Shown here: in pieces, positions 29,362 through 40,758 of the stretch | Layout of the letters: the number at the start of each line of letters is the position of its first letter | Position numbering within the stretch: the stretch's first letter is position 1 | NCBI GenBank assembly: GCA_026984835.1 | Contig: JALSRI010000178.1 | Location: 10,430-74,429, forward strand | Length of the DNA stretch: 64,000 nt | Origin: Thiohalobacter sp. | GTDB lineage: Bacteria; Pseudomonadota; Gammaproteobacteria; DSM-19610 | Direction of reading: 5' to 3' | The notes under the pieces: generated by a model | The model's database searches: none | Told to the model about the DNA's origin: nothing | Seen by the model: the letters and a program-made list of their open reading frames with translations, nothing else | Made by a program: the position numbers and the translations under genes

Positions 29362-29400
29362 GCCAGCACCGGTCCGGCGTAGCCGAAGGCCGGTGCTGGC
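29362..29400 (-). terminator. long hairpin after yfdX (11-bp perfect stem GCCAGCACCGG / CCGGTGCTGGC)
   Basis: Starts 11 nt past the yfdX stop, between yfdX and the ppsA promoter. No clear U-tract, so an intrinsic terminator function is uncertain. Confidence 0.4.
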
Positions 29401-29410
29401 GCCAGCTGCC

Positions 29411-30320
29411 TCAGCGATTTTTGATCCACTGGCCGATACGGTCCCACCAGCCCTCGATGGTGGCGCCCGCACCCTTGTCCTTCTTGCCTTTCTTGAGTTC
29501 GTCGGACAGGGTTCTCATCTCCTTTTGCAATTGGGCGATGGCCTTCTTCTCGTCCTCGCCGGCCTTCCTCGCATAGGCGTCCAGCTCCCGCTTCGCCGCC
29601 GCCAGCGCCGCGCGGGCTTCCTCGTTGTCACCCTTGTCGATGGCGGCCTTGGCCAGCATCAGGTTGTCGCGGGCGCGCTCCAGCGGCAAGGTCACGTCCA
29701 GCTCGACGAAATACAGGCCCTGCGACACCGATGCCAGCGCCTGGTCGGCGCCCTTGGTGTCGTTCTTGGCCAGCCGCGTCGCCGCCAGGTCCAGTGCATC
29801 GCTGGCCAGGCCGACGTCGAACAGGATCTGCACGTCCCGCAATTCGTCGTTCGCCACGATCTCGGCGCCCGGGGCACCGGTGGCCCGGCCAGCCCGGCGC
29901 CGCGCAGCCATGGCCCGGTGCAGCGGGGTGAGCAGCGATACTTCATCCAGTTCGTCGAAGACGGGCACCAGGGTATCCTTGACCTCGTCCTCGTCCTCGT
30001 AGTTCAGCTCGCCGGCCGTGATCTTTGCCTTGACATGGTAGACGGGTTCCGCCTTTGCGATGATGGCGGCCAGCTTGCGGGCCTTGGCGATCTCCGCGGC
30101 GGCCTGCTTGCTGTCCTTGTGTTTCAGCGCCGTTCGGGCATTGTAGGTGTGGCGCAGCAGGCGCCCCGCGGCGATGGAGACGGCGCGCTGCTCGGCCGGT
30201 GTCAATGTATGTTCGGCCCGGGTGTCGATCTTGGCCGCGATGCGGGGTGTGGCCAGTACGGGGCCGGTGCCGAGGGCGAGCGCCAGGATCACGGCGCTGG
30301 TGAGATGGGTCTTGTGCATG
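29411..30320 (-). CDS. YfdX family periplasmic protein
   Basis: Signal peptide (AVILALALGTGPVLA). Helical repeats with AKxxL/ARxAL patterns and a Lys-rich C-terminus typical of YfdX. ATG 30320. Confidence 0.6.
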
Positions 30321-30345
30321 GGTATACTCCTTTTTTTCGTTTGTG

Positions 30346-30368
30346 AACAATCGACAGGTGGCGCGTCT
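30346..30368 (+). promoter_or_regulatory. ECF-type promoter candidate (GAAC-N15-CGTC) upstream of the ECF sigma gene
   Basis: tgtGAACaatcgacaggtggcgCGTCtcc, 42 nt upstream of ATG 30410. Matches the generic autoregulated ECF pattern. Confidence 0.4.
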
Positions 30369-30409
30369 CCACGACGCGATGACCTGTCCACTCCCTGGGA
30401 GTTGATTGA

Positions 30410-31000
30410 ATGACGGATGAGGATGCCAGTCGGTTCCCGGCAGGCTGGTTGGGGCGCCTGCGGCGCGGGGAACTGGCGCGGCCGCGGGGCCGTCTTTCCT
30501 CTGGGGAGTCGCGTTTCCGCCGCGAGCTCCTGGCCCTGCTGCCACGCATGCGCGGCCATGCTCTGGCGCTGACGGGGGCGGCGGATCGGGCCGACGATCT
30601 GTTGCAGGACACCTGTGAGCGGGTGCTGCTGCGCTGGCGGCAGTGGAACGGCAGTGGTTCGCTGGTCGCCTGGGTGCTGCGGATCATGCACAACCTGTGG
30701 TACGACCGCCTGCGCGCCGAGGCGGTGCGGGCCACGGACCCGCTGCCCGAGGACGACCCGGTGCTGGCGGATCCGCCCGGCGCCGAGGGGCATACGGAGT
30801 TGCAACAGACGCTGGCGGCCATGGTGGCGTTGCTGCCCGAACAGCGCGCGGCGCTGTTACTGGTCAGTGTCGAGGGTCTGAGTTACCGGGAGGCGGCCGG
30901 TATATTGGGGGTGCCGGTGGGTACGGTGCGCAGCCGGGTGTCCCGGGCGCGAGCGGCGCTGGTGGAGGCATTGAAGCCAGCGGTGGGGAGGCAATCATGA
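30410..31000 (+). CDS. ECF-type RNA polymerase sigma-70 factor
   Basis: Region 2 (DLLQDTCERVL...WVLRIMHNLWYDRLR) and region 4 (LLLVSVEGLSYREAAGILGVPVGTVRSRVSRAR). Confidence 0.85.
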   Translation: MTDEDASRFPAGWLGRLRRGELARPRGRLSSGESRFRRELLALLPRMRGHALALTGAADRADDLLQDTCERVLLRWRQWNGSGSLVAWVLRIMHNLWYDRLRAEAVRATDPLPEDDPVLADPPGAEGHTELQQTLAAMVALLPEQRAALLLVSVEGLSYREAAGILGVPVGTVRSRVSRARAALVEALKPAVGRQS

Positions 31001-31800
31001 TGCAGTTGGACGATGAAACGCTGAACGCCTACCTGGACGGTGAACTGGATCCGGTCGTGCGCGCCGACGTGGAAGCGGCGCTGGCCCGCGATGCGGAGGC
31101 GCGCGCGCGCCTGGAGGCGCTGCGGCGCGTATCCCTGCTGGGCCGGACGGCGGTGGACGAGTTGAGCCGTTTGAGTGTGGACGAATCACTGCAGGAACGG
31201 GTCTGGCCGTTGCCGAAGCCGGAACCCGACTGTCCTGCAGCACGAACCGGCCGTGCCATGACGATCCTGTCGGGTGCGCTGGTGCTGCTACTGGGGATGG
31301 GGCTCGGCGCCTGGCTGTTCCCGTCATCCCCCCGGCTGGCCGGGGAAGCGGCGGCCGTTGCCACGGCCTGGCCTCGCCAAGCCGCCTGGTTCCACCACCT
31401 GGCCGCCGAGCGGCGGACCCATGCACGGCCCCTGGTGCTGGATGTGGAGGGGAGCGAGCCGGCCCGGCTGCAGGTGGAACTGAACCGGACGCTTCAGCAG
31501 CGGGTCGTCGTCCCGGATCTCTCCGACCTGGGCCTGCGGCCGCTGGGTGCCCGCCTGCTGGTGGAACAGGCGCGGCCGCTGGCGCAGATCTTCTACCAGG
31601 ATGCCGGTGGCAACCTGGTCAGCCTGCTGGTGGCGCTGGACAGCGGGCCGGACACCCGGCCGCGCTTCGAACGGGTCGACGACGGTCCGGCGACGGCGCA
31701 GTGGCGGCGGGCGAACACCCGCTACGTACTGGTCGGAGAGCCGGAGCGCGTGCGCCTGCAGGACCTGGTGCCGGTGGTGGCGGAGCGCACCACCCGCTGA
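30997..31800 (+). CDS. anti-sigma factor (single-pass membrane)
   Basis: ATG overlaps the sigma stop (ATGA). N-terminus LNAYLDGELDP...ARL, one TM helix, periplasmic C-domain. Confidence 0.7.
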   Translation: MMQLDDETLNAYLDGELDPVVRADVEAALARDAEARARLEALRRVSLLGRTAVDELSRLSVDESLQERVWPLPKPEPDCPAARTGRAMTILSGALVLLLGMGLGAWLFPSSPRLAGEAAAVATAWPRQAAWFHHLAAERRTHARPLVLDVEGSEPARLQVELNRTLQQRVVVPDLSDLGLRPLGARLLVEQARPLAQIFYQDAGGNLVSLLVALDSGPDTRPRFERVDDGPATAQWRRANTRYVLVGEPERVRLQDLVPVVAERTTR

Positions 31801-31971
31801 GGGGCGGTATGCCTGCGGCACCACGGGCCTGCGGCGCGAAGGTCCCCGATCTTTTCCAGAGAACGGATCTCCTGTTGAGCCGGCATAGCTGGTTGCCGGG
31901 TCGACAAGGTAGAGAGACTCTGCCGGAACAAGGCGCTTCCAGGACTTCTTTCAGCAGGCTGAAGCGGCCGT

Positions 31972-32520
31972 TCATGGATGAACCCGCCCGTCAGACGCCG
32001 GTTGCGTCAGGCCGGCCTTTCGGTAGCGCAGGAAAGTCAATGGGCCGTAACAGGCGACGACCAGCGCATAGCCCATGATACCCAGACCCACATGGTAGCC
32101 GGGATCGGTGGTTTCGCTGGGATACAGATACATGACGGTTGCGCCCAGGATACCCATGAACAAGGCCGGCATCAGGCTGAAGATCAGGCTCGGGACGGGG
32201 CTGGCGGCAGCCGCCATGCGCACCAGCAGTGCACGGTATTCGTTTTCACCCATGGCGCGGATGAGCCACAGTTTGCTGCTGTTGGACGCGGCCACCAGCA
32301 ATGAAGCCACCATGATCACGATACCCGAACCGACATCCCACCAGGGTATGAGGAATACCAATGTCGTCAGCACGGCAAACGGCCAGCGCAGGCGCCGGAT
32401 CACAGCATTGGATTCGAGCTCCAGCCTGGGTGAGGCCAGGTAGGTCGACCCGATATCACCCAGGCGTGAGACCAGGATCAGGATGGCCAGGGCCGTCTTG
32501 ACGCTTTCATGTGCTTCCAC
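31972..32520 (-). CDS. hypothetical polytopic membrane protein
   Basis: 182 aa with 5-6 hydrophobic segments and coding-like composition. No family recognised. Confidence 0.45.
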   Translation of the reverse strand: MEAHESVKTALAILILVSRLGDIGSTYLASPRLELESNAVIRRLRWPFAVLTTLVFLIPWWDVGSGIVIMVASLLVAASNSSKLWLIRAMGENEYRALLVRMAAAASPVPSLIFSLMPALFMGILGATVMYLYPSETTDPGYHVGLGIMGYALVVACYGPLTFLRYRKAGLTQPASDGRVHP

Positions 32521-32807
32521 GATACGAATTCCTTGCCTGTCCGCGCCGGTTTGCAGGAGTGCGCCGGCTGTTGAGTCAAGTTATTGAATGATAGCACTCG
32601 CTGCTCGATCCGGCTTGCCCGGGATGACGCCGACTGATGCGCGGCGGGGAATCGGGAGGGCATTGCAGAAGCCTCTTGTTGCCCGTTGTGCGCGCTGGAC
32701 TTCATGCGGGCCCAGGCTGTGAGGGAGTCGTTTTGCTCGGGGAGAATCGTTATCATGGTCGCCAGCCAGGTTGCGATACGGGCCGTTCAGTCTCCGGTAG
32801 CCGAACC

Positions 32808-33656
32808 ATGACGTCCTTTGTGCACTATCTTCTGCCCTGGGAGTTTTCCCCCCTCGTCGTCCTGTTCTGCCTGCTGGCAGGCGGTGTCTACCTGCGTGGC
32901 TGGTCGCGCTGCCGACGCACCGCCCAGCCAGTCGGTTACTGGCCGTTGGCGTCTTATATGACCGGGCTGCTGATCGTTTACCTGGTGATGCAGACCCGGT
33001 TCGATTACCTGTCGCAACACATGCTGTGGATCCACCGGCTGCAGCACCTGGTGTTGCACCACCTCGGGCCTTTCCTGATGATGCTGGGCAATCCCGGCAA
33101 GGTCCTGGCCCAGGGCGTGCCGGCAGGGTTCCAGGCGGCGGTGCTGGCGCCCTTGTGGCGCTTCCCGCCGGTCCGGGCGCTGTATGCGCTGCTGCAGAAC
33201 GCGGTGGTGGCGCCGCTGCTGTTCGTCGGGCTGATCTGGTTCTGGCTGCTGCCGGACGTTCACTTCACTGCCATGCTGAGTGCCGGACGCTACCAGCTGA
33301 TGAACTGGAGCATGCTGATCGATGCGCTGCTGTTCTGGTGGCTGATCCTCGATCCGCGCCCGCGGCACGCGGCGCGCCGGCTCGGTTACGGGGCGCGCAT
33401 TGTCATCCTGACCCTGATCGTGCCGCCGCAGATTCTGATCGGCGCGCACATGGCACTGGCGAAAGTTTCACTGTACCCGGTGTACAACGTGTGCGGACGC
33501 GCCTGGCCGATCAGTCCGCTGGTCGACCAGCAGATCGCCGGGCTGGTGACCTGGATACCGGCCAGCATGATGAGCGTCATCGGGGTGCTGCTGCTGGTGC
33601 GGCGCTGGATGAATGAGAGTCAGAATACCGCGCTGCCGGCAGCGGGGCTGTCCTGA
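32808..33656 (+). CDS. cytochrome c oxidase assembly protein (Caa3_CtaG-like membrane protein)
   Basis: Polytopic. HMLWIHRLQHLVLHHLGPFL His-rich helix typical of the CtaG/caa3 family. ATG 32808. Confidence 0.65.
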   Translation: MTSFVHYLLPWEFSPLVVLFCLLAGGVYLRGWSRCRRTAQPVGYWPLASYMTGLLIVYLVMQTRFDYLSQHMLWIHRLQHLVLHHLGPFLMMLGNPGKVLAQGVPAGFQAAVLAPLWRFPPVRALYALLQNAVVAPLLFVGLIWFWLLPDVHFTAMLSAGRYQLMNWSMLIDALLFWWLILDPRPRHAARRLGYGARIVILTLIVPPQILIGAHMALAKVSLYPVYNVCGRAWPISPLVDQQIAGLVTWIPASMMSVIGVLLLVRRWMNESQNTALPAAGLS

Positions 33657-33657
33657 C

Positions 33658-34092
33658 ATGCCGGGCATGCGCATGACAGCGGCGACCTTGTTGCTGCTTG
33701 TCTGCTGCGGAGCTGCTGCAGCGGCCGGACTCTCCGCCCGGCATGCCTGGATACGCCTGCTGCCCGGAGACCTGCCTGCAGCCGGTTACCTGGAACTGGT
33801 GAACACGGGGGCGGACAGCGTGCGGCTGACAGGCGCGCAGAGTCCGGGCTTTGGCACGATCGAGTTGCATGAAAGCTCGGAGCAGAGCGGTGTCGCCCGC
33901 ATGCGCCGGGTGGAGCGCCTGGCGATCCCGGCGGGCGGAACCCTGGTGCTGGAACCCCGTGGTTACCACCTGATGCTGTCCGGGCCGAGCGGCGACCTGC
34001 AACCGGGTGAACGGGTGCCGGTGACGCTCGAGTTTTCGGATGGGACCCGTCTGCCGGTCAGCTTTCTCCTGCGCGACGCGAGCGGACGGTGA
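33658..34092 (+). CDS. copper chaperone PCu(A)C
   Basis: Signal peptide, then HxM-type Cu site (IELHES, GGYHLML equivalent PRGYHLMLSG). Confidence 0.75.
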   Translation: MPGMRMTAATLLLLVCCGAAAAAGLSARHAWIRLLPGDLPAAGYLELVNTGADSVRLTGAQSPGFGTIELHESSEQSGVARMRRVERLAIPAGGTLVLEPRGYHLMLSGPSGDLQPGERVPVTLEFSDGTRLPVSFLLRDASGR

Positions 34093-34679
34093 CACGACCG
34101 CGGCACAATCTGTGGGCGGTGGCCGTGCTGTTGATGCTGGCAGCCGGCTGTGCCCGCTCGCCGTCACCCTGGGGACTGCACGATATCAGCGGACTCATGC
34201 CGCCCCTGGTCTTCACGCTGCACGACGGCAGCGGCCACATCCGGCATGCGTATGATTTCCGGGGTGAGGTCGTGCTGCTGTACTTCGGTTATACCCACTG
34301 CCCGGACATCTGCCCCACCACGCTGGCCAGCCTGGTCAGCGCCACGCGAAGGCTGGGTGCAGCAGCCGACCGGACCCGGATACTGTTTGTTTCCGTGGAC
34401 CCGGCCCGTGATAGTCCAGCGGTGCTGCAGCGTTACCAGCAGGCGTTCGGTCCACGGGTCACGGCCCTGAGCGGGACACCGGCGCAGCTGCGCGAGCTGA
34501 CACGGCGTTATCGCGTCAGCTACGGTCTCGGCAAGCCCGACGCTGATGGCCGCTACGAAGTCTCGCACAGCAGCGCCGTGTTCATCTTCGACCGTGATGG
34601 CGCCGCACGCCTGCTGGCAACCGGCACGGACGGTGCCGGAAAAATCGCCACCGATCTCAAACGGCTGTTGGATGGATAA
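34089..34679 (+). CDS. SCO1/SenC family copper chaperone / thiol-disulfide protein (lipoprotein)
   Basis: Lipobox LAAGC, CPDICP motif, thioredoxin-like fold. 4-nt overlap with PCuAC. Confidence 0.85.
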   Translation: MTRPRHNLWAVAVLLMLAAGCARSPSPWGLHDISGLMPPLVFTLHDGSGHIRHAYDFRGEVVLLYFGYTHCPDICPTTLASLVSATRRLGAAADRTRILFVSVDPARDSPAVLQRYQQAFGPRVTALSGTPAQLRELTRRYRVSYGLGKPDADGRYEVSHSSAVFIFDRDGAARLLATGTDGAGKIATDLKRLLDG

Positions 34680-34837
34680 CCTGCCGGCCGGCGGATTGTG
34701 TATTGCCTGATTTCGGGCCAGAGCGAATGCCCGCTGATGCACAACCGGCGGGCGGCAGCGCCAGGTTGTCGGCCTGTGGTGGCGACGTATCGGCGGCAAC
34801 GGTCACGGGTGACGGTTCGATGCGGGGACGGGCGCGT

Positions 34838-35755
34838 TCAGGGCGCCGCTTTCCCGGCGGCCGCGAGGGGGACATACCCGGCGCGGGCGGCCACCGCCTG
34901 GCCGGCCGGTGAGCGCGCGTAGCGGACGAAGGCTGCCAGGGCCGCTGGCAGCCGTCCCGACGGCGGCAGGTTGACGGCGATGGCGAGCTTTCGGCTCATG
35001 GGATACCGCTGGCTGCGGATGGCGGCCGCGTCGGGCAGGGCGGCGGTGGCACCGGCGTCCCTGGCCACGGCCAGCGCCCGAAGGCCGGCCGAACGCAGCG
35101 CGCTGGAGGAGAAGCCGATGGCGTCAGGCTGGCTCGTCAGCGCCGCCTCCAGTGCATCCGGACCCGCCACGGCCTGGAAACCGGGGCCGAAATCGCCGCC
35201 GCACAGGGCGACCTTGCGAAACAGGCGGCTGGCCCCGGTATTGGTGGTCAGCCCATAGGGGCGGATGCGCCGCGATGCCAGTGAGCCCCCGACCCCGAGG
35301 GCGCCCCAGGTCTCGATGCCAGCGCGTGCGCCACAGCGCAGGGTATCGGAGTAGACGGCGTCGAGCTGGGCCAGCGTGATACGCCGGAGCGGGTTGCCGT
35401 CGCTCACATAGACGGCGACGGCATCCATGGCAACGGGGTAGAAGGTGGGGGGGTAGCCGAAACGCGCCTCGAAGGCGGCACGCTGACCGGCACTCGCGGG
35501 CAGCGCCACCAGCACGGCATCTTCGCTGCCGTTGACCAGCGCGGCAAAGCCGGCCTCGGTGCCGGTGTCGGCCACCGCCACGCTGATGCCGGGCGCGTAG
35601 CGCCGGAAGCCGTCGACCCAGGCGGTGACCAGGTCGGCCAGTGTCAGCGAACCGCCGAGCTGCAGCGGGCCGGCGACCAGCGGCCCGGCGTGCGCCGGCA
35701 GTATCGCTGTGGTGGCCAGCAGCAGCAGCGTGTTCAGCAGTCTTCTCGCCTTCAT
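34838..35755 (-). CDS. PstS-family phosphate-binding periplasmic protein (orphan)
   Basis: Signal peptide; PBP-like motifs (GGS.TLADL, DTGTEAGF, ITLAQLDAVY). No pstCAB genes nearby. Confidence 0.65.
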   Translation of the reverse strand: MKARRLLNTLLLLATTAILPAHAGPLVAGPLQLGGSLTLADLVTAWVDGFRRYAPGISVAVADTGTEAGFAALVNGSEDAVLVALPASAGQRAAFEARFGYPPTFYPVAMDAVAVYVSDGNPLRRITLAQLDAVYSDTLRCGARAGIETWGALGVGGSLASRRIRPYGLTTNTGASRLFRKVALCGGDFGPGFQAVAGPDALEAALTSQPDAIGFSSSALRSAGLRALAVARDAGATAALPDAAAIRSQRYPMSRKLAIAVNLPPSGRLPAALAAFVRYARSPAGQAVAARAGYVPLAAAGKAAP

Positions 35756-35818
35756 GTCCCTGTTCTCCGGGTCCGGCCATACCCGGTTCGAGTATGACGG
35801 GCAAATGTTACCAGGATG

Positions 35819-37279
<1,461 letters not shown>

Positions 37280-37302
37280 TCACCCCGGAACGAGGATGGC
37301 GT

Positions 37303-37896
37303 ATGGATCTCCACGCACTGGTGTACAGCACCTCGCCGCAGTGGTCGCAGTTCGGTCTGCCGCTCGTGTTCGCGGGCGCCCTGCTGGAGGGGGAAACGGT
37401 GGTGCTGCTGGCGGGGGTGCTCTGCCATCGCGGGCTTCTGCCGCTGGAGTGGACGGTCGTGCTGGCGGCTGCCGGTGCCTTCACGGGAGACCAGACCTGG
37501 TTTCATCTGGGGCGCCGCTACGGTCTGCGTGCCCTGTCCCGTTTTCCATGGCTGGCGCGACGCGCAGCGCAGGTGCGGCCCTGGGTCGAACAGCGCGCCG
37601 ACTGGATCGCCGCCACGTCGCGTTTCGTCTACGGGACCCGCACCGTGGCGCCGTTGCTGCTGGGCATGCACGGTTATCCGTCCCCGCGTTTCCTCCTCGT
37701 CAATTCGTTCAGCGCGCTGCTGTGGGCCGTCGCGGTGGTCGGCGCCGGTTACCTCGTCGGTGCGGGTGCCGAACAGCTGTTCGGGCGTGTCCGCCACATC
37801 GAGCAGCTGCTGCTGGTGGTCGGTGGGCTCATGCTGCTGCGCTGGTGGCTGCGGCGCAGGGAGACCGGCGGTTCTTCCAGTGAGGGCGGCAAATGA
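37303..37896 (+). CDS. DedA family membrane protein
   Basis: GETVVLLAGVL, GDQTWFHLGRRYG and YGTRTVAP motifs typical of the SNARE-associated/DedA family. Confidence 0.75.
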   Translation: MDLHALVYSTSPQWSQFGLPLVFAGALLEGETVVLLAGVLCHRGLLPLEWTVVLAAAGAFTGDQTWFHLGRRYGLRALSRFPWLARRAAQVRPWVEQRADWIAATSRFVYGTRTVAPLLLGMHGYPSPRFLLVNSFSALLWAVAVVGAGYLVGAGAEQLFGRVRHIEQLLLVVGGLMLLRWWLRRRETGGSSSEGGK

Positions 37897-39293
37897 CGGA
37901 GTTGAGTTCCACGCTGGAGGTCATCTGGGCGGCGTTGTTGCACCTGGCGACGGTTGTGGGCGTCCTGCTGGCACTGCTGCTGGTGGCGCAGGTGCTGCGC
38001 AGCCCGCGGACGCCGGCCGCGACCATCGGCTGGCTGCTCGCCATCCTGGTCGTGCCGGTGGCCGGTATTCCGCTCTACCTCGCCTTCGGCGAGCGCAAGG
38101 TGCGGGCACAGATCCGGCGCAAGGCCAGGATCGAATTGCCGGACACGCCTGATACCCACGACCACCCGCTGCACAGCCTGCTGGTGTCGTTGGGAATTCC
38201 GTCCTCCAGTCCCGGCAACCGGGTCGCTTTCCATGCCGATGAAGAACAGGCCCGCCAGGCGTTGTTCGCCATGTTGGATGGCGCCCGGCAGTCGATCGAC
38301 ATCGCCATCTTCATCCTGGGCGACGACCGGGTCGGGCGGGAGATCCTGACACGCCTGGAGCACAAGGCCGGCCAGGGGGTGCGGGTGCGGCTGTTGCTGG
38401 ATGGGGTGGGATCGTTCCAGTTGCCGCGGCACGCGCTGCAGCCATTGCGGGCGCAGGGGGGAAGGGTGGCCTGGTTCATGCCGGTGGTGCACCGCCCGTT
38501 GCGGGGCAGGACCAACCTGCGCAACCACCGCAAGCTGGTCATCGTCGACGGTGGGCAGGTGTGGACGGGCGGGCGCAATCTCGCCACCGAGTACCTGGGC
38601 CCCGGTTGTGACGGTGGTTGCTGGATCGATCTGAGTTTCTGCCTGCAAGGCCCCGGGGTGGCCGTTTGTCGTGCTGTGTTCGAGGCGGACTGGCGGTTTG
38701 CGACCGGTGACCGGAGCGACGTCGGGCTCGTGCCCGTACCCGCCGCCGATGGGGCGAGCCGCGTGCAGGTGATCCCTTCGGGGCCGGACGTGCGGGACGA
38801 CCCGATCTACGCCGCCCTGCTGACGGCTGCCTTCGAGGCGAGACAGCGGATCCTGATCGTCACGCCCTACTACGTACCGGACCCCGGGGTGCAGGAGGCC
38901 TTGCGGCTGGCCGCACTGCGTGGGGTGCGGGTCGAGCTGATTCTGCCGCTGCGTTCCAATCATCGCCTGGCAGACATTGCCCGCAATCGCTACCTGCGTG
39001 AACTGGCGGCGGCCGGTGCGGTTCTCTGGTTTCTGCCCGAGGTCATGATTCACGCCAAGGCCGTGGTGGTGGACAACGGCTTTGCCATGGCCGGTACCGC
39101 CAACATGGATATTCGCAGCCTGTTCCTGAACTACGAGGTGGTGTGCGCTTTTTATAGCCCCGCCGATATCGTCTGGCTGACAAGCTGGCTGGAGTCGCTG
39201 CGTGACCGCTGTCGGCGCCACCGTCCGCCGCCGGCCGGCGTACTCGGGGATATCCTGGAGGGGCTGGTACTGCTGGGCGCCTACCAGTTGTGA
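37893..39293 (+). CDS. cls: cardiolipin synthase (PLD superfamily)
   Basis: Two N-terminal TM helices and two HKD motifs (NHRKLVIVDG, IHAKAVVVDN). 4-nt overlap with dedA. Confidence 0.9.
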   Translation: MTELSSTLEVIWAALLHLATVVGVLLALLLVAQVLRSPRTPAATIGWLLAILVVPVAGIPLYLAFGERKVRAQIRRKARIELPDTPDTHDHPLHSLLVSLGIPSSSPGNRVAFHADEEQARQALFAMLDGARQSIDIAIFILGDDRVGREILTRLEHKAGQGVRVRLLLDGVGSFQLPRHALQPLRAQGGRVAWFMPVVHRPLRGRTNLRNHRKLVIVDGGQVWTGGRNLATEYLGPGCDGGCWIDLSFCLQGPGVAVCRAVFEADWRFATGDRSDVGLVPVPAADGASRVQVIPSGPDVRDDPIYAALLTAAFEARQRILIVTPYYVPDPGVQEALRLAALRGVRVELILPLRSNHRLADIARNRYLRELAAAGAVLWFLPEVMIHAKAVVVDNGFAMAGTANMDIRSLFLNYEVVCAFYSPADIVWLTSWLESLRDRCRRHRPPPAGVLGDILEGLVLLGAYQL

Positions 39294-39441
39294 CCGGGCG
39301 AGCGGACGACAGGCGCCCAGGCGGCAACCGCCCCGGGCCATTGCTCGTGGGCGCGCCTGCGAACCGGTAACACCGCGGTTGTGCTTGGCCGTGCCGCGCT
39401 ATCGCCGCGGGCGCACGGAAAATATGATGATCTCGCCCGCG

Positions 39442-40632
39442 TCAGCGCAGGGAACGGTAGCCCAGGTGCTGGCCGCGGCGCGACAGCACCAGCTGCCACA
39501 GCTGGCCCTGGCCGGAGCGGAACAGCCCGGCGCAGAGGTGCAGGTAGTATTTCCACATGCGATAGAAACGCACGTCGTAGCGGTGGCGCAATTCGGGCCA
39601 GGCGGCGTCGAAGTTTTGCCACCAGGCCATGAGGGTCGGTACATAGTCGGCGCCGAAGTTGTGCCAGTCCTGGATCACCAGCTGCGGTTCGATCGCGGCA
39701 CTGATCTGGCGCGCCGAGGGCAGCACGCCGTTGGGGAAGATATAGCGGTCGATCCAGGGGTCACTGCCGCGGCTGGTCTCGAAGTTGCCGATGGTGTGCA
39801 GCAGAAACAGCCCGTCCTCCGCCAGCAGGCGGTGCACGGTGTCGAAATAGGTGTCGTAGTTCTTCGGCCCGACGTGCTCGAACATGCCGACCGAGACGAT
39901 CTTGTCGAACCGGCCGCGCTGCTCGCGGTAGTCCCGCAGCGCGATCTCCACCGGCAGGCCGGCGCAGCGTTGCTGCGCCAGCCGCTGCTGTTCGCGCGAC
40001 ACGGTGATGCCCGTCACCCGGACCCCATAGTGGCGGGCGGCGTGGCTGGCCAGGCCGCCCCAGCCACAGCCGATGTCCAGCAGGTGTTCGCCGGGCTGCA
40101 GGTCCAGCTTGCGGCAGATCAGGTCCAGCTTGGCCAGCTGGGCATCGGCGAGGTTGTCGGCTGTGGCCCAGTAGCCGCAGCTGTAGCTCATGGTGGGGTC
40201 GAGCATGGCCTGATAGATGTCGTTGCCGATGTCGTAGTGGCGCTCACCGACCTCGAAGGCGCGCCGGCCCGCCTGGCGATTGACGAGCAGGTTGTGCAGC
40301 AGGCTGAGCGCGCCGGCCAGTAACAGCCGCAGGCGGGGCAGGAGGCGGATACGGCGGTCGATGTCGGCGCGCAGCAGGCGCTCGAAGAGTACGTCGAGCT
40401 GCCCGGCGTCCCACAACCCGTCCATGTAGGCCTCGCCGAAGCCGAGCGAGCCGCGACTGAGGACGCGGCGGTAGGTGGCGGGATCGTGGATACGGATATC
40501 CCAGGGGCGGTGGCCGTTCAGACGCACGTCTGCCTCTGCCAGCAGTTCGACCAGTATCCGCGGGGCGGCAGCCGACTTTGCGGCGGGTGCGCCCGGGTTC
40601 AGGTCGCCATTGATGTGGGGAGTGTAATCCAT
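39442..40632 (-). CDS. cfa: cyclopropane-fatty-acyl-phospholipid synthase
   Basis: SAM motif LLDIGCGWGGLA, FDKIVSVGMFEHVG, C-terminal YLxxCAGxFR. ATG 40632 preceded by GGAGGG. Confidence 0.9.
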   Translation of the reverse strand: MDYTPHINGDLNPGAPAAKSAAAPRILVELLAEADVRLNGHRPWDIRIHDPATYRRVLSRGSLGFGEAYMDGLWDAGQLDVLFERLLRADIDRRIRLLPRLRLLLAGALSLLHNLLVNRQAGRRAFEVGERHYDIGNDIYQAMLDPTMSYSCGYWATADNLADAQLAKLDLICRKLDLQPGEHLLDIGCGWGGLASHAARHYGVRVTGITVSREQQRLAQQRCAGLPVEIALRDYREQRGRFDKIVSVGMFEHVGPKNYDTYFDTVHRLLAEDGLFLLHTIGNFETSRGSDPWIDRYIFPNGVLPSARQISAAIEPQLVIQDWHNFGADYVPTLMAWWQNFDAAWPELRHRYDVRFYRMWKYYLHLCAGLFRSGQGQLWQLVLSRRGQHLGYRSLR

Positions 40633-40758
40633 ACTGCCCTCCATGAACGGGTACCGACCGGCTGTCAGTGACCCACGGCCCCACGGCCCAACGGGCCACG
40701 ACAATCGTGTCGAAGTTGATAAATTGGGGCTGGCTGCAGGAATGTCAAGCCCGGCCGA

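Noticed and set aside
40716-40729. TTGATaaatTGGGG upstream of cfa, as an FNR half-site.
   Set aside because: The second half-site is absent. It could equally be part of an ordinary AT-rich promoter.
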